63,139 bases of DNA, filler included, from Circinaria calcarea (GCA_051942165.1; 49 parts of 49 records of this genome joined end to end with filler, not necessarily neighbours in it), one strand, 5' to 3'; positions 1 to 12,684 are shown, counted from the first letter of the whole stretch. A program made the numbers and translations. Notes: a model not told the origin generated them from the sequence alone.

Positions 1-298
1 TTGTTGGTGGGAGGGCTGTGGAGTTTGTGGTGGTGCAGTATGTCAACGGAGTTTCGAATGATGATTGCAACGAAGTCAAATTCGTTTCCACTCAGAAAAT
101 AGGCCTTCGGATAAATTTAATATCCAAACCGATAACTTTACATAAATTATAATTAAAACACCAAACTTCAATAAATAAATTAAATATAAAAAATATAAAG
201 TGCTCCGTAATTGTAAAAAAATATTATTATAATTTAATAATATAACAGCCCGTTCTGTTACGGATTTGGCAGGCATGATTTGCTATCGGGAATAGCGG

Positions 299-446
299 TG
301 TTATGGCTATTCGGCAGGCGAAGCCTTCCCCATAAGGGATAGTGGGGGAAACTAGCGGGCTTTCCGTAGTATATCCCGGGGCTCTTCCCCACGGTAGAGA
401 TGCATCCTTCACTTCATACGAATAGTACCCTGCACGCAGTGCAACA
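299..446 (+). mobile_element. Very short (148 bp) solo LTR with 5-bp TSD, inserted in a related LTR remnant starting about 256
   Basis: TGTT...AACA termini; AGCGG at 294-298 and 447-451; internal TAGTATATCCCGGG motif recurs in the right flank. Confidence 0.7.
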
Positions 447-731
447 AGCGGGGAAGTAGCGTAGTAACTTAGTATATATCCCGGGTTATTCCCTTACCAA
501 TATAAGGCCCCGTTCGGTGGCACCGATTATTGAAATGGATTATTTTGGGCGTTCGTTTGGCGCAACTTCAAGGTAATTATCGAAATTGGATTCCCCACTT
601 ACAGGGGCAAATTTGTAGGCTAGTTACTAGTAAATTTTCCCTTAGCATTGGAGAATTATAATAAAAATATCCTTTATTGCGCATATCTTGAAGCTATACG
701 TAAATGCCCTGAAACGAGGAACGAAGTTGAA

Positions 732-1019
732 TGTAATGGCGCAACCCACAAGGCTATGCCAAGAGGTCTGAGTAGTACGCGGGATGGGCGTACTCGTGGT
801 ACTGGACGTACTGGACGTACTGGACGTGGCTACGTCCACGACGTCCACTACGTCCACCCCTTTTGGGAAGGTTCGTGTAACCTCAGATGATCTATATAGT
901 CTTAGTCCTTCCCGTAGTATTTGACCTGTGTGGTCAAGACCTTACAAGTGTAGCAATATACTTCTATTGTCAATCATTACTTGCCAAGTGATTGGTATAG
1001 AACCTTAGTGCATATTACA
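732..1019 (+). mobile_element. Putative LTR (288 bp)
   Basis: TGTAAT...ATTACA termini, internal CTATATAG TATA-like box, GTACTGGAC x3; the start TGTAATGGCGCAAC resembles the TGTTATGGCGCAAC terminus of the 30 kb family; no TSD (TTGAA vs GAGCC). Confidence 0.5.
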
Positions 1020-1204
1020 GAGCCCCTGCCTTATACCAGTAACTAACATTGCCTTTGCCTAAGAAGCTTAAGAACGTAACAATACGCTTATGTTTAAATA
1101 ATTTTATAATTTAAAATATTTTAATTAGCTGTATAATTATTAAAATATTAATTTTTTCTTAATTATTTAATATTTATAAAAAATACAATATTACGGCCGA
1201 TAAT

Positions 1205-1304
1205 NNNNNNNNNNNNNNNNNNNNNNNNNNNNNNNNNNNNNNNNNNNNTTAATTAATTAANNNNNNNNNNNNNNNNNNNNNNNNNNNNNNNNNNNNNNNN
1301 NNNN
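1205..1304. other. Artificial contig-joining spacer (44 N + TTAATTAATTAA + 44 N); 48 copies across the window, about one every 1.29 kb
   Basis: Identical 100-bp spacer at every junction; the 12-mer has stops in all six frames; flanking contigs decrease in length from 1204 to 1176 bp. Confidence 0.98.
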
Positions 1305-2019
1305 TTGTTGAAATTACTTTCGTATCAAAGTAGGACACCGTCAGATATGTAGAGTAATAACTCGATGTGCCGTAGGTTCCCATTAATGTCGATTGCCGTA
1401 CAAAACTCGTAACTAGCGACTTCACGGTTGTCGTACCAATGGCTGTCAGTGTGGTAGCGGAAGACACTGGTCCTGAGGTCGTTATGGTTTTAGGACCGAC
1501 TGAAGAGGTAGTCGTTGGGAAAGTCTTGCTCGTGGTAACACCTGTGCCGGTATAGACTGTTGATGAGACAGACCGAGTTGCATGAGGGACCGAGGGTGAT
1601 GAAGTAATACCAGTCCCAGTGGCACTAGGCTTCGATTTTCTTATCGATGTTGTGGTGTTGGTAATAGGATATGAGGTAGGCCCCCCAGGAATCGGGTTTG
1701 AAGAAGAGGTAGGCTTGGAGCAACCTCCCAGGCAATTGGTGACGGTAGCTGTAGACGTAGTAAGGGTGGTGTAGACACTATGAGATGATCCGGTGCCATG
1801 TGTTACTGTCACCGGACAGGTAGTTATGGTCGTGTACGTCGTCAGTATTTCGACGTCCTTCGTTGGCGACGAATAGCCACTGGACCAAAGGGAGGTAGCT
1901 GGCTTACTTCCAGGTAACGTTGTTGATGAGGGCAAAGCTGTTGTGTTTGTACTGTATTTTCCCCAGGCCGCAGTATAGCCCACAAGAAGCACAGAGATGA
2001 AGACTAAAGGAGAATGCAT
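1305..2019 (-). CDS. Secreted Ser/Thr-rich cell-wall/adhesin-like protein, 3' truncated
   Basis: Hydrophobic signal peptide MHSPLVFISVLLVGYTAA, TTYTTITTCP motif, very high S/T content. Confidence 0.75.
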
Positions 2020-2851
2020 TGCGATATAACGATAGGATGGAGCACTGTATTAGGGCTCAGGGGCCAAAGTAATATAGGGACTTTAACGAAAGTACGCACA
2101 AAATTAGCGAAAGTGCAAGGACGACCTGCAGCAAATATGTAGCGTAGTCCGTGCCATTTATACAAAAGCATCAGAGGTCGTCCGTATCTAGGGCCAGATG
2201 ATGAATCTTGACCATAGCGCCTTTACTAAAACTCGTACCCGAAATTTTTTTGTACAACACGAGAAGCACTATGACAACAAGGTTGAGCCCATTAAAATTT
2301 TGTAGGAGAGACTTCCTGCTTGTCATGGAAGTGCCCGGGGCCATCGGTCGTCACTCCATTCTTAGCCATACCACACGAAGGTTAGGAAAGGGGCCCAAGC
2401 ATGTACAAATCGTATTCGACCAAACAGCCTTGCAGACTGGTCAGGAGCGGAGCGGCCAACGTGCTCAAGTGGCTTGGATAGTAAGAAATCCGCCACGATG
2501 AGACTATANNNNNNNNNNNNNNNNNNNNNNNNNNNNNNNNNNNNNNNNNNNNTTAATTAATTAANNNNNNNNNNNNNNNNNNNNNNNNNNNNNNNNNNNN
2601 NNNNNNNNCCCCCCCCATGACCTAACCGATAGGATAAGGGGTAATGTAAACCTTTTTTTTTTTTTGGCCGTGGGTAGGATGAAAGACAGGTTGGAAGCCC
2701 AGAGAGGTATGGATTTCGGGAGATTTTGAAGTGGTTCTTAGAATTTCTAAATGCCCCTCAAAATTCACAAGAGGCTGTTCATCAGGCCGTGGTGGGTGAC
2801 GAAATCCACCTTAATTTCAACCCCCTTCCCTCCAAACCTCCCACCCACAAA

Positions 2852-3811
2852 CTACACAACCGGCAAATCCAAATCCACCACCCATGGCGCATTCTCCGGC
2901 CGATACTCCCAATTCATCACCGCCGCATTCACAAACAGCGTCTCCTCCCCAAACTGCAACCCCTTCCCCCCCTCTTTACTAACATCCACCTTCACGCCCT
3001 CGCCCTTCCTCCCCTCGCCCTCTGCCACCTCAATCCTCTCAGCCTCGCCCCGTCTCCAATCCCATCGCACGGCGCCCCAGCTCTCGTGGATATGACCGAA
3101 GACGTGCAAGCGCGGTCGACAGCGCTGGAGGGCTCGGAAGAGGTTGTCGCAGCCGACGGGACCGGCGAGGCAGCGGTCGAGGATTCCGCGGGGAGGGCCG
3201 TGTGTGAGGACGATGTCGATGGCGGGGAAGGAGGGGATGGGAGAGGGTGGTGAGTAGGTTGTATCGGGTGTGGGGTCGGGGGTCGTGGAGGCGGAGGGAG
3301 GGTTGTAGCGATCTGTGTTGCGGTCGTAGGCGAAGGCCCAGTCCATGTAGGCGGGGGTGTACGGGGAGGTGTAGATCTAGAAGCGGGGAGAATGACGGGC
3401 TTAGTATGAGGAAAAGAGATAAGAGTATTGCAATGTATCTTATTCTGTGAGATTTGGGAATATTATGTTGAAAGAAAGCCATTAAAGTGGACGAAAGGAA
3501 AAGAGGGAAGGAGGAAAGGCATAGGTCAGAGGACGATGATCTTTTCAAACACATTGATAGCAGCAGCACCGCCGAATGCACCCAGGGCAGGAGAAGGACC
3601 CCTAAAAGAGAAGCATAAGACCAGGAAACCCCCTTATCATATTAAAACCAACAATCACTACTGTTCCCAAGTACCGATACTTGATAAGGAAACCTCACAT
3701 AACTCACCCTAAACCTCCCTCCATTGCCCACTTCAAACTCCCTCACCCCCTCCTCCAAATACCAAATCCCCTTCTTCCTCGCCTCCTCCCCCATCCACAT
3801 CTCCCTCACCC
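2852..3811 (-). CDS. Calcineurin-like metallophosphoesterase (MPPED-like), 5' truncated; intron 3377-3707
   Basis: IVLTHGPP, GC..L and LHVFGHIHE motifs; upstream exon GIWYLEEG...NGGRFR splices GT-AG in frame to IYTSPYTP. Confidence 0.85.
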
Positions 3812-3911
3812 NNNNNNNNNNNNNNNNNNNNNNNNNNNNNNNNNNNNNNNNNNNNTTAATTAATTAANNNNNNNNNNNNNNNNNNNNNNNNNNNNNNNNN
3901 NNNNNNNNNNN

Positions 3912-5114
3912 GCTATTACCTTTAATGGCCGCAGCCAGCAGTGCTGTCCAGCCCCAATAATTACGAGCGTTTATATCGGTGTCTTTGTGCTCCAAAAGTA
4001 AGCGTACCATGTTCTCGTGACCGTTCCAAGCAGCGTTTATTAACGGAGTATTAAGACCTTTACCTTTGGCCTGTGCATCGATGTCTTCTCGCTTTAGCAA
4101 TAATTTCACCAATGTCTCATTCCCACGGTGAACTGCTGATAGCAGTGGTGTACGTCCCGAATCGTCACAAGTATTTATGTTTACCTCCTTGCGCTCTAGC
4201 ATTAATTTTACCATGTCTTCATTACCAGTGGCGACTGCTATTTGTATTGGAGTTCGGCCTTCATGGTCTCGAAAGTTGACGTTAATACCATCTCTTTTTA
4301 GCAGTAATTGTGCTATATTCACATGACCGTTGGCTATTGCTATATGTATTGGAGTTCGCCTTTCATCGTCTGCAATGTTGATATCGATATCATTTCGCTT
4401 TAGCAGTAGTTGCGCCATGTCTTCATGACCGTTGGCGATTGCTATGGCTATTGGAGTTTGCCATTGAACTCTATCTCCAATGTTGACCTCGATATCATCT
4501 CGTTTTAGAAATAGATCTACCACTGATTTGTGACCCTTTTCAATCGCTCGATGAAGGGGTGTCCGGCCCCAGCGGTCTTGCATATCGGCGCTGACATTGT
4601 CGCGCCCTAAGAGTAGCTCAACTATAGGTAAATTTCCTTCAGCTGCGGCCCAATGTAGCGGCGTCTGTTGCTTTGAATCGCAACCATTGATTTTAGCTCC
4701 ACTCCGTAATAAAGCATGAGCTAGAACAATTAGGCCATAGTAGGCGCATAAATGCAAACCAGAGCAAGGCGTATGACTACTCGGTGTTTCCAGCTGAGGA
4801 AAGTATCCGTCCTTGGTATGAAGAAACATCAAGTCAGCATTGAAAAGCAATGCATCGTTCTGTAGAAATGGCAGCGCGATTCCTTTAATAGCCTCTTCCA
4901 CCTCACCCCGAGCATGGAATCCCCAATATTCACATGCATAGCCAAACAGCGGGTGCTTAGCTAAGAATGAATCAAACACCGCCGTCCATATCCTGTCGTA
5001 TTCGAAATAGTCTTCAATATTCTTCATCTCGAGGTTTTCAGGCAAGTCTGCATAGGCCGTTAGTGGGACTGAGAAGATATCAAACGAGAGATACGTCAAG
5101 CAGTTTATGGCGAT
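3912..5114 (-). CDS. Ankyrin-repeat region of a probable fungal NACHT-ANK (NLR-type) protein, partial
   Basis: About 9 ANK repeats (TPLH..A..G); LTYLSFD...YACEYWGFHAR linker typical of fungal NACHT-ANK proteins. Confidence 0.85.
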
Positions 5115-5214
5115 NNNNNNNNNNNNNNNNNNNNNNNNNNNNNNNNNNNNNNNNNNNNTTAATTAATTAANNNNNNNNNNNNNNNNNNNNNNNNNNNNNN
5201 NNNNNNNNNNNNNN

Positions 5215-5985
5215 GCCGCCCTTTTACCGTCTCCAGATACCCCACCCGCAAACCAAGAACCCCCTCCGCCAAAACCGTCGCATAAAAAATCCGGACGTCC
5301 TCCAGCGAAAAAGAGTCGAGTTGGCAGAAATCAGTACACCAAGAACCACGAGGCACTGCTAGAAGTGCAAGGAGGACATAGCCGGAACGGGTCGTTGTTG
5401 GATGGCGATGTGGGAATGAGGAGAAGAAGTCGAAGTCGGAGTTTGATGCAGGAAGCACGAGACTTTGGTTCCCATAATGCCAACGGGTACGGTCATTCCT
5501 ACACACACAATAATACCATCAACGGCGGAGGAGGAGGAGGTGGGAATACTTTATGGGGCGAAGCCGGCAAACCTTCCCGACCGAAACACATGAATCCGAA
5601 CCGAACGAGCATGAACGAAATGAAGAGACGTGTGGCGGGGATATTGGAGTTTGTCTCACGGACGCAGGTGGAGATGGCGTTGGCGAGTCCGCGGAGTGGA
5701 AGTGGAACACGGAGTCAGGTCCAGACGCCGCCCAAGAGTCAGGCGGTGACTGTTCCGAGTGAGTTGAGTGTGAGTGCGATGGGGACTATCGAGGAGGGAG
5801 ATGGTGGTGGTGGTGGTGAAGTAGGGGTGGAGGAACAAGGAGGGAAAGAGGATAGGGAAGGAAGAGAAAGGGGTAGAGGGGGGGAAATGGAATTCAAAGC
5901 CCTCTCGTCGGGTGAAATGATGAGTGTGCTGGCGGGGAAGTTGGAGGGTTGGCAGAGGGAGTTTGGGAGGTGGGGGGAGAAATGA
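5215..5985 (+). CDS. CTI6: Cti6-like PHD-finger Rpd3L complex subunit, C-terminal part
   Basis: RVGRNQYT, RTSMNEMKRRVAGILEFVSRTQVEMA and terminal W..EFG motifs. Confidence 0.75.
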   Translation, partial: AALLPSPDTPPANQEPPPPKPSHKKSGRPPAKKSRVGRNQYTKNHEALLEVQGGHSRNGSLLDGDVGMRRRSRSRSLMQEARDFGSHNANGYGHSYTHNNTINGGGGGGGNTLWGEAGKPSRPKHMNPNRTSMNEMKRRVAGILEFVSRTQVEMALASPRSGSGTRSQVQTPPKSQAVTVPSELSVSAMGTIEEGDGGGGGEVGVEEQGGKEDREGRERGRGGEMEFKALSSGEMMSVLAGKLEGWQREFGRWGEK

Positions 5986-6138
5986 ATCGACTTCCGGCCG
6001 TCTCTCCGGGTAGAAAATGGAGGGTGGACGGTGAACTTTATGCTTTTTAAATTTTGGCTTAGGACAAACATCGTGCCTTGGGTTTCTAAAAGTAATGATA
6101 TCCATGAGATTTTCGCCCTTTTCGCGCCCCTTTTTGAA

Positions 6139-6203
6139 GGGTAGGGTAGGGTAGGGTAGATTAGCGAGCAGAGCCAGAGCCAGAGCCAGAGCCAGAGCCA
6201 GAG
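6139..6203 (+). repeat. Microsatellites (GGGTA)4 and (CAGAGC)~6
   Basis: Directly visible. Confidence 0.9.
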
Positions 6204-7208
6204 AGTAGATATCCTTATCTGTACTTTGTATAAGTCGTACACTCGTGATCGAGAGCTCGTGCTATGTATGAGATCGAGCTAGGATGAGAGGAAAATGAAA
6301 AGGAAAATGAAAATGAAAATAATTAAAATGCAAACGCTAGTTGTCTCGTATCCTACGCCTACAGAGTAGGTAAAAGGTTAAAGTTAAAGGTGTGGGTTTT
6401 TGGTACTGTACGGTAANNNNNNNNNNNNNNNNNNNNNNNNNNNNNNNNNNNNNNNNNNNNTTAATTAATTAANNNNNNNNNNNNNNNNNNNNNNNNNNNN
6501 NNNNNNNNNNNNNNNNCATACGAGGAGGCTCTGTGCCGCTCTCATACTTCTCGTGGCTGCGAATGCGCCCATCGAGCCGGTTATCTACCCCCAAGGAGCA
6601 AGGATCCTCAGAAGCAGCATCATCATAAAATCCCACCCTGGTAGCCCGAGCTGTCGCCCTCCTGTATGCCGCATCTCCAAACAGGCCTTGCATTTGCTCG
6701 GTAGAGGCTTGAAGGAGTAGCCTCCCCAAAAGGTGGGCACGGATAATGTGACTCGGGAAACAGGGAATAGGGTACAGGTGGACAGCATACCGAGTATCGG
6801 TTATGCTTCCTATTGGACTGTTTTATGCTAAGGGCCAATTGTTAGCTTCACGGGTGTTCCGCCGCTACTGTGCCTGTATCATGGTTCACGCACATGGCTC
6901 GCTGCTGGCGTTCCGTCGTATGGACGACAGCAAGGCATACGGAGAACGCGCTTTACAAGGCATAGCTTCGTAACAATTGAAGGCGTCTATAGCTATGCAA
7001 ACTCCCGTTGGAGTATTAGGTATGCGATTCGTTACGATACACAAATACATTCTTATACTTTGGATTCGTGTACATTAATATTTTCACGGGAGAGATTTTG
7101 AGATCGAAACTACAGAGCTATAACTGTAGTCTCTGTTATGCACTACACAATACTGCGCGGAATTTTGGCCTTTCTTTCCATAGCTATATTACTTCATCCT
7201 GTATCTAA

Positions 7209-7717
7209 TCATGTCATCTGATAGGAATCAGTCTCCAGTTGGATGAACCAATTGGTCTCTGGTTGCAGCGCCAAAGCTGGTCGCACGAGTTTGGAGACGT
7301 AGCTCTGAAAGCCAGGTTTTACAGGCGTTCCAGCAAATCTTGCTGCAATCCAGTCCATCCATATCATCTGGCCTGCATGCATCGCAGGCACATGGGAAAT
7401 ATTAGGGAGAATGTGATATTCGATCTGAGCTGCTGGATACGCCTTTGCGGTCTCCTTCACTGCCTCCGTTGTTGCTGGAGGATAGACGATTGGATCCTGT
7501 CCTCCTTGGATAACAAGCAGAGGACCACTAATCTTCTTGCCCCCGTTAGCAGCAAGATCTTGGTATTTCTGGAGATAGGGATTCTGTTGCCATCCCGGTT
7601 TAACAATGTCTGCCCCAGGAACGACTTGGAAGAGCACGGAGCTGCAGCCTTCGAGCTTAAGATAAGTATCAAGAGCCTGCTTTCCTTCCGGAGTTAAGAT
7701 ATCTTCAGGCTTGAAGT
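7209..7717 (-). CDS. Secretory lipase-like alpha/beta hydrolase, C-terminal part
   Basis: PLLVIQGGQDPIV (catalytic Asp) and SHVPAM (catalytic His), W..WIAARFAG. Confidence 0.75.
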
Positions 7718-7817
7718 NNNNNNNNNNNNNNNNNNNNNNNNNNNNNNNNNNNNNNNNNNNNTTAATTAATTAANNNNNNNNNNNNNNNNNNNNNNNNNNN
7801 NNNNNNNNNNNNNNNNN

Positions 7818-8141
7818 ACTATTGCGTTTTTGTCCTTTGCGATTGAATCCCTCGAATCATCTTCGACCCTTCTCGCCAATCTCCCCCGAAAGCCTCTAAT
7901 TTCGGAATTGGGCACCCAAGTGGCGGCTCCTAGAACAGTACAAAGTATTTCTCCACCAGAGGATGAGCTCATGGCCGATGCCCCTGCGATGCATCTCGGA
8001 CAACTTCCATCCGGCGGTCCAACCTCAGCACCGCCGTCCGGACTCGTATCACCTTCAACGTCGACGTCCAGTGGCTCTACCACTTATGATTCCTACATAG
8101 AAGCATATCCAAATCAAAGTTCCGGCCAAGGGCAGCGATGA
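7818..8141 (+). CDS. C-terminal fragment of an unknown S/P-rich protein
   Basis: Open frame from the contig edge to a stop; low-complexity tail; no family recognised. Confidence 0.35.
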   Translation, partial: TIAFLSFAIESLESSSTLLANLPRKPLISELGTQVAAPRTVQSISPPEDELMADAPAMHLGQLPSGGPTSAPPSGLVSPSTSTSSGSTTYDSYIEAYPNQSSGQGQR

Positions 8142-9118
8142 ATTATGGTGACGTCATTTGATAGAACTTCAATCAGACTCTCCGATTGAACCAAACCAAA
8201 AACTTCAACTATACCGGTTCCCTATTTGGGTAGAATGCTTATGGGCTCTCTTCTTCGACTTACGCTGTCAATGATCTCCCCTTTGACATGGGTCATGCAG
8301 TCGGCGAGCTTTGAGACAAAATCTCCTTGTTAGTTATTTCGAGTCGAAGATTGACGAGAGAGAGAAAGAAGGAAAAGTGCACGAGACAGGTTGTCTTTTT
8401 GGCTATTGGCCTCGTGGTCTCTTCAGAACAGGAGCTAACATCTAGAATCACTATGGACCCAGTACCGAGGAAAGAAGTCGTGCGTAGTATATCAGGTACG
8501 GAGGGGTTTCTGGATCCGGTGTATATATCACAAGATATAGATGGCTGATAAACCAAAATCCGAAGAGCGCAAAGAGTTGGGTATTGGAGTTGGGATTTGA
8601 AATTGGGATAGGGATACCCGGTACCGTAGATTTCATTAAGGGGCGGCGCGGGTGTGGTTGTCTAGCAATCTGGTACAATGTGAATTATAAAAAAATCCAA
8701 ATCCAAATCACGTATCCCACACTACCCTTGTAAAGGTACCGAGTGATGATGGATCCTCCTCTCCTTCAAGTTCACTCTACGGTTTCCGTCTAAATAAACG
8801 AATCCATGTAAGTCTTACTTACCTAAAGGGAGTCCAAAATCTGAATCTGGATCTGGGTTACCGGGGAGGGGGGTATAACCGTAGACCAAGGTAAAAGGTA
8901 AAAGATAAAAAGTTAAAGAAAGGGGGGCAAGTATTCTGTATTTTGTAAAAGGAAATAGGAGAGGAGAGGAGAAGGGAGGAGAGGAGAGGTTCCCACTCTA
9001 CTCTACTCCACTCTACTCNNNNNNNNNNNNNNNNNNNNNNNNNNNNNNNNNNNNNNNNNNNNTTAATTAATTAANNNNNNNNNNNNNNNNNNNNNNNNNN
9101 NNNNNNNNNNNNNNNNNN

Positions 9119-9511
9119 ATTACCGAGGAATGGGGCTCGGAGAATCTCCAGCTAATACTAGCTGTGGATGGCAACTCAGCTTGGGGAGCGTACGACTTCG
9201 GCATGTTCGAAGGAATCATAAACTTCCCTCTCCGCCCCTTTTCCGCAAGCGAGGAACCAGTCATGTGTCACTGGCGCGGACGGGATAACGGAGAGGGGGA
9301 AATGAGATTTGGAGACGGCAATGTTGGTAGTGTGCAGTTCTTGGGTGGTGGGAACATCCATGGGACGCTCAATCTGGTGGGTGACTGTGAGTTCTGGGGT
9401 TCGAGAAGGCCCGGACCGGCGCACACACCGAGGAGTGTGGCGAGCTACAGACAGGAGTGGAATTCGTACAATGAGGATGCGTATGAGGAGGAACGGGTTA
9501 GCCGGTGGTAA
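9119..9511 (+). CDS. Uncharacterised fungal protein, C-terminal domain
   Basis: WGAYDFG..EG...WRGRD.GEGEM...FLGGG.I.G pattern; open from the contig edge. Confidence 0.65.
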   Translation: MTEEWGSENLQLILAVDGNSAWGAYDFGMFEGIINFPLRPFSASEEPVMCHWRGRDNGEGEMRFGDGNVGSVQFLGGGNIHGTLNLVGDCEFWGSRRPGPAHTPRSVASYRQEWNSYNEDAYEEERVSRW

Positions 9512-10046
9512 ACATGTGCGTTCCCTCGTTTTAAATGTCAGTATTATTGTATTGGAAAGGCCTTCACTGTTGATATGGCGTCGTGGAGATCCGCGACATG
9601 GGACTTCGATATAAGCAGAATTGGTTGACTTATTGCCCATCTTCAGTCCATAGAGTTTCATTTCCCGTCCCGCGGTGGCCTTTTGACATTTAAAGCATTG
9701 CTAAATCATATATACAACAGAGGAAATTTGCTTACAGACCATTAGCAGACGACGATCTAATACATCGTTCGATGAAGACTATATAGGGGGATCCGACCAG
9801 ACTCCTAAATTACTCCTCCTCCTCCTCCTCCATGATGCCAACAAAATAATCCACGCTCCTTTTTCTTTTCGTCCTGGAAGAAGATACTAACTATCTCGGG
9901 GCGGGCACTAAGCTCAGCCAAGCCTTTTAATTTAATGCCCAACTATCATAAGCGAGGCGAGGCGAGGCGCCAGCGAAACCCGAGCAACGAGAAAACAAAC
10001 GGGGGCTGCAAAAACCCAAACCAGCTGGATAGATAGATGCGAAAAC

Positions 10047-10101
10047 CGGAACGGAACGGAACGGAACGGAACGGAACGGAACGGAACGGAACGGAACGGA
10101 A
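10047..10101 (+). repeat. (CGGAA)11 microsatellite
   Basis: Directly visible. Confidence 0.95.
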
Positions 10102-10419
10102 TTGCTAGAGAGTATCTACTGTATGGCTGTGAGGTGCGGTGCGGTGCGCACTGTGATTTTCCCTGGTACGGTCAGAAGCGGTCAAAACGGGTCAGAGCCG
10201 ATTAACTTGTTGTGTTATGGTATGGCAAGAACACTCAAATGGACGGACGTGTAAATGATTAATGTACTTCAAGGGGAGAGAGAGCGCCTTTCATTTCATA
10301 CGGTACTCTGTATGGGGGGNNNNNNNNNNNNNNNNNNNNNNNNNNNNNNNNNNNNNNNNNNNNTTAATTAATTAANNNNNNNNNNNNNNNNNNNNNNNNN
10401 NNNNNNNNNNNNNNNNNNN

Positions 10420-11620
10420 CAAAGAGGCCAATCCTCACATCCGCATGTCCAGGTTGGATATGCTACGCCGAGAAGACCCACCCTCATGTGCTCCCTCACC
10501 TATCCCGCCTCAAATCACCTCAAGCCCTAACAGGCACCCTCCTTAAAACCGTCCTAAGCAAAACCCTCAACGTTACCCCGGATCGAATATTCCACCTTGC
10601 CATCATGCCCTGTTTCGACAAAAAACTCGAAGCCTCCCGCGAAGAACTCACAGACATCTACTGGCGCCCTTACTCAGAAAACTCACGGCCACCTGTTCGC
10701 GATGTTGACTGCGTAATAACAGCTCGCGAAATCCTCATGCTCGCCGAAACCCGCGTCATCAGTTTTCCCTCCCTCCCCCGAAAACCTCTCGATCCATCCA
10801 CACGTATACCATTCCCAGATTCCAAACTTGACGCCTTCCTATTCCCACAAATCCATCCGCTAGACCGCCGGCGACCTCAAATTCCCGCAGCAGGCACCTC
10901 AGGCGGCTACCTCTATCACATCCTCCTCACTCAGCAATCCCTCCACCCAGGCAGTAGCATTATCACCGCCCGCGGCCGTAACGCAGACGTAGTCGACTAC
11001 ACCCTTACCCTTAACAACGAAACCCTCTTCCGCGCAGCACGCTACTACGGCTTCCGCAACATCCAAAACCTCGTCCGCAAGCTCAAACCTGTCAAGAAGA
11101 ACCGCATGCCGGGTGCCAGAATGGGCGGCGGAGCGAGGAAACCTACGGCTGGAGCTGGAGACGGGGATGCAGGGAAAACGGCGGAGCTAGCGTACGTGGA
11201 AGTCATGGCCTGTCCGGGCGGCTGCACAAATGGCGGCGGGCAGATTAAAGTTGAGGATGTGGGTAGCCTGCAAGGGGTCGACACATGCAGCCGGGGACAG
11301 AAAGAATGGCTAGGCAGGGTGGACGAAGCTTATTATTCCCAAGCCTCCTCTCCTTCTCCGTCCGATGATTCCTCTTCTTCCTCCTCCCCTCCCTCATCCT
11401 CAGACTCCTCAGACTCTTCAGACCACCCCGATCTCATCAATTCCATCTCCACCACGCACATCACCTCCATCCTCAGCCACTGGTCCCAACTCACCGACAT
11501 CCCACTGGAGAAACTGGCGTATACAAGCTATCGCAAAGTCGAGAGCGATGTTGGGACAGGCGGTAAGGGAGAGGGCAGGGATGTGGAGAGGGTCGTGGAG
11601 TTGGCGGGGAGGATCGGGGG
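10420..11620 (+). CDS. NAR1: Cytosolic Fe-S cluster assembly factor Nar1 (Fe-hydrogenase-like), partial
   Basis: [27 protein letters not shown] and [15 protein letters not shown] motifs. Confidence 0.95.
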
Positions 11621-12464
11621 NNNNNNNNNNNNNNNNNNNNNNNNNNNNNNNNNNNNNNNNNNNNTTAATTAATTAANNNNNNNNNNNNNNNNNNNNNNNN
11701 NNNNNNNNNNNNNNNNNNNNTTTCGAGGCTTGTTAGGAGGGAGGGGAGGAGTTTAGTCATTGGGAAAAGGAAAAGGAAAAGGGGGTTTTTCTCGAAGCGT
11801 CCGCCCCCAACCCCAAAGAAAAGGAAGTTAAAAAATATATAAATATTGTGTAGCAGCCGTGTAATGAAAAACGGGTTAGATTTATTTAATCAACTATTGT
11901 GCAGCTATGTATGATATGGCTACCGGGTCTCTCTCGTAACCTGTTGACTGTTGAACGAAAAGGCTTCGTGGGCAATGCATACATTGATATGAAAGGTTTG
12001 ACTTTGCATTTTCTACGTGTGTGCGGTGCGCTAACTCGCGCCTTTTATGCTATGAGACTATATGGAAAGGTAACACGCCGCTAAGTCTATGGTAAGCCTA
12101 ATCGAGAGCCTATAGTACAAGAGAACTTTTAATTTATTTAAATATCAACCCCCGATTGCTCAACAGCCAAACCAAATCGTCTATATATATATTTATTACG
12201 CGGGGAGCCCGGCGAGCGTAGTTAATAATCGAGACTAAAAAATAAAAAGGGTAAATTTAATTGCGGGGAAAAAAAGTAGTTAGCGTGAATATCCGGGCCT
12301 TTTAAAGCTTTCGGATTGGCTGATTTGCCATACCATAGCGAAATAAATTCAAGCGGCCGTGTATTTCTAAATTATACGCGCATATATTATAGCATTTTCC
12401 CCCCGAAGGAGAGCCTACTATTGCTTTCTGTACTATGTCTATTATGTCAGAAGGGGGGGTTCCC

Positions 12465-12684
12465 TGTAAGGATCCTCTACGAATAGTATGATGATCTTAC
12501 GATAAGGGTCGGTAAACTGTGTGATAATGAGCTCAATGGGTTCGCGTAAGCGTATGAATTATTGCTAAAGAATTCTGGTGTAACGCTTCGCGAACAAAAC
12601 CTTTCTCGCTAAGCCAACACCTCGTGACCTCGGTGTATAGTTCACCCGTAGGGTTCGTAGGGGTTCTCGGGTAGAGCCCTTACA
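12465..12684. mobile_element. Solo LTR (220 bp) in AT-rich, mutated DNA
   Basis: TGTAAGG...CCTTACA 7-bp inverted termini; flanks TTCCC/TTTCC (5-bp TSD with one C>T). Confidence 0.65.

Noticed and set aside
1249..1260. Regularly spaced TTAATTAATTAA as a biological repeat or CRISPR-like array
   Set aside because: Always embedded in 44+44 Ns; it is an assembly linker. ORFs ending in X...LIN are artefacts of it.
10420..11620. [FeFe]-hydrogenase in a fungus
   Set aside because: The motifs are those of the universal eukaryotic Nar1 CIA factor.
12255..12300. Group I intron P element (AATTGCGGGGA)
   Set aside because: No matching Q, R or S core elements found downstream.
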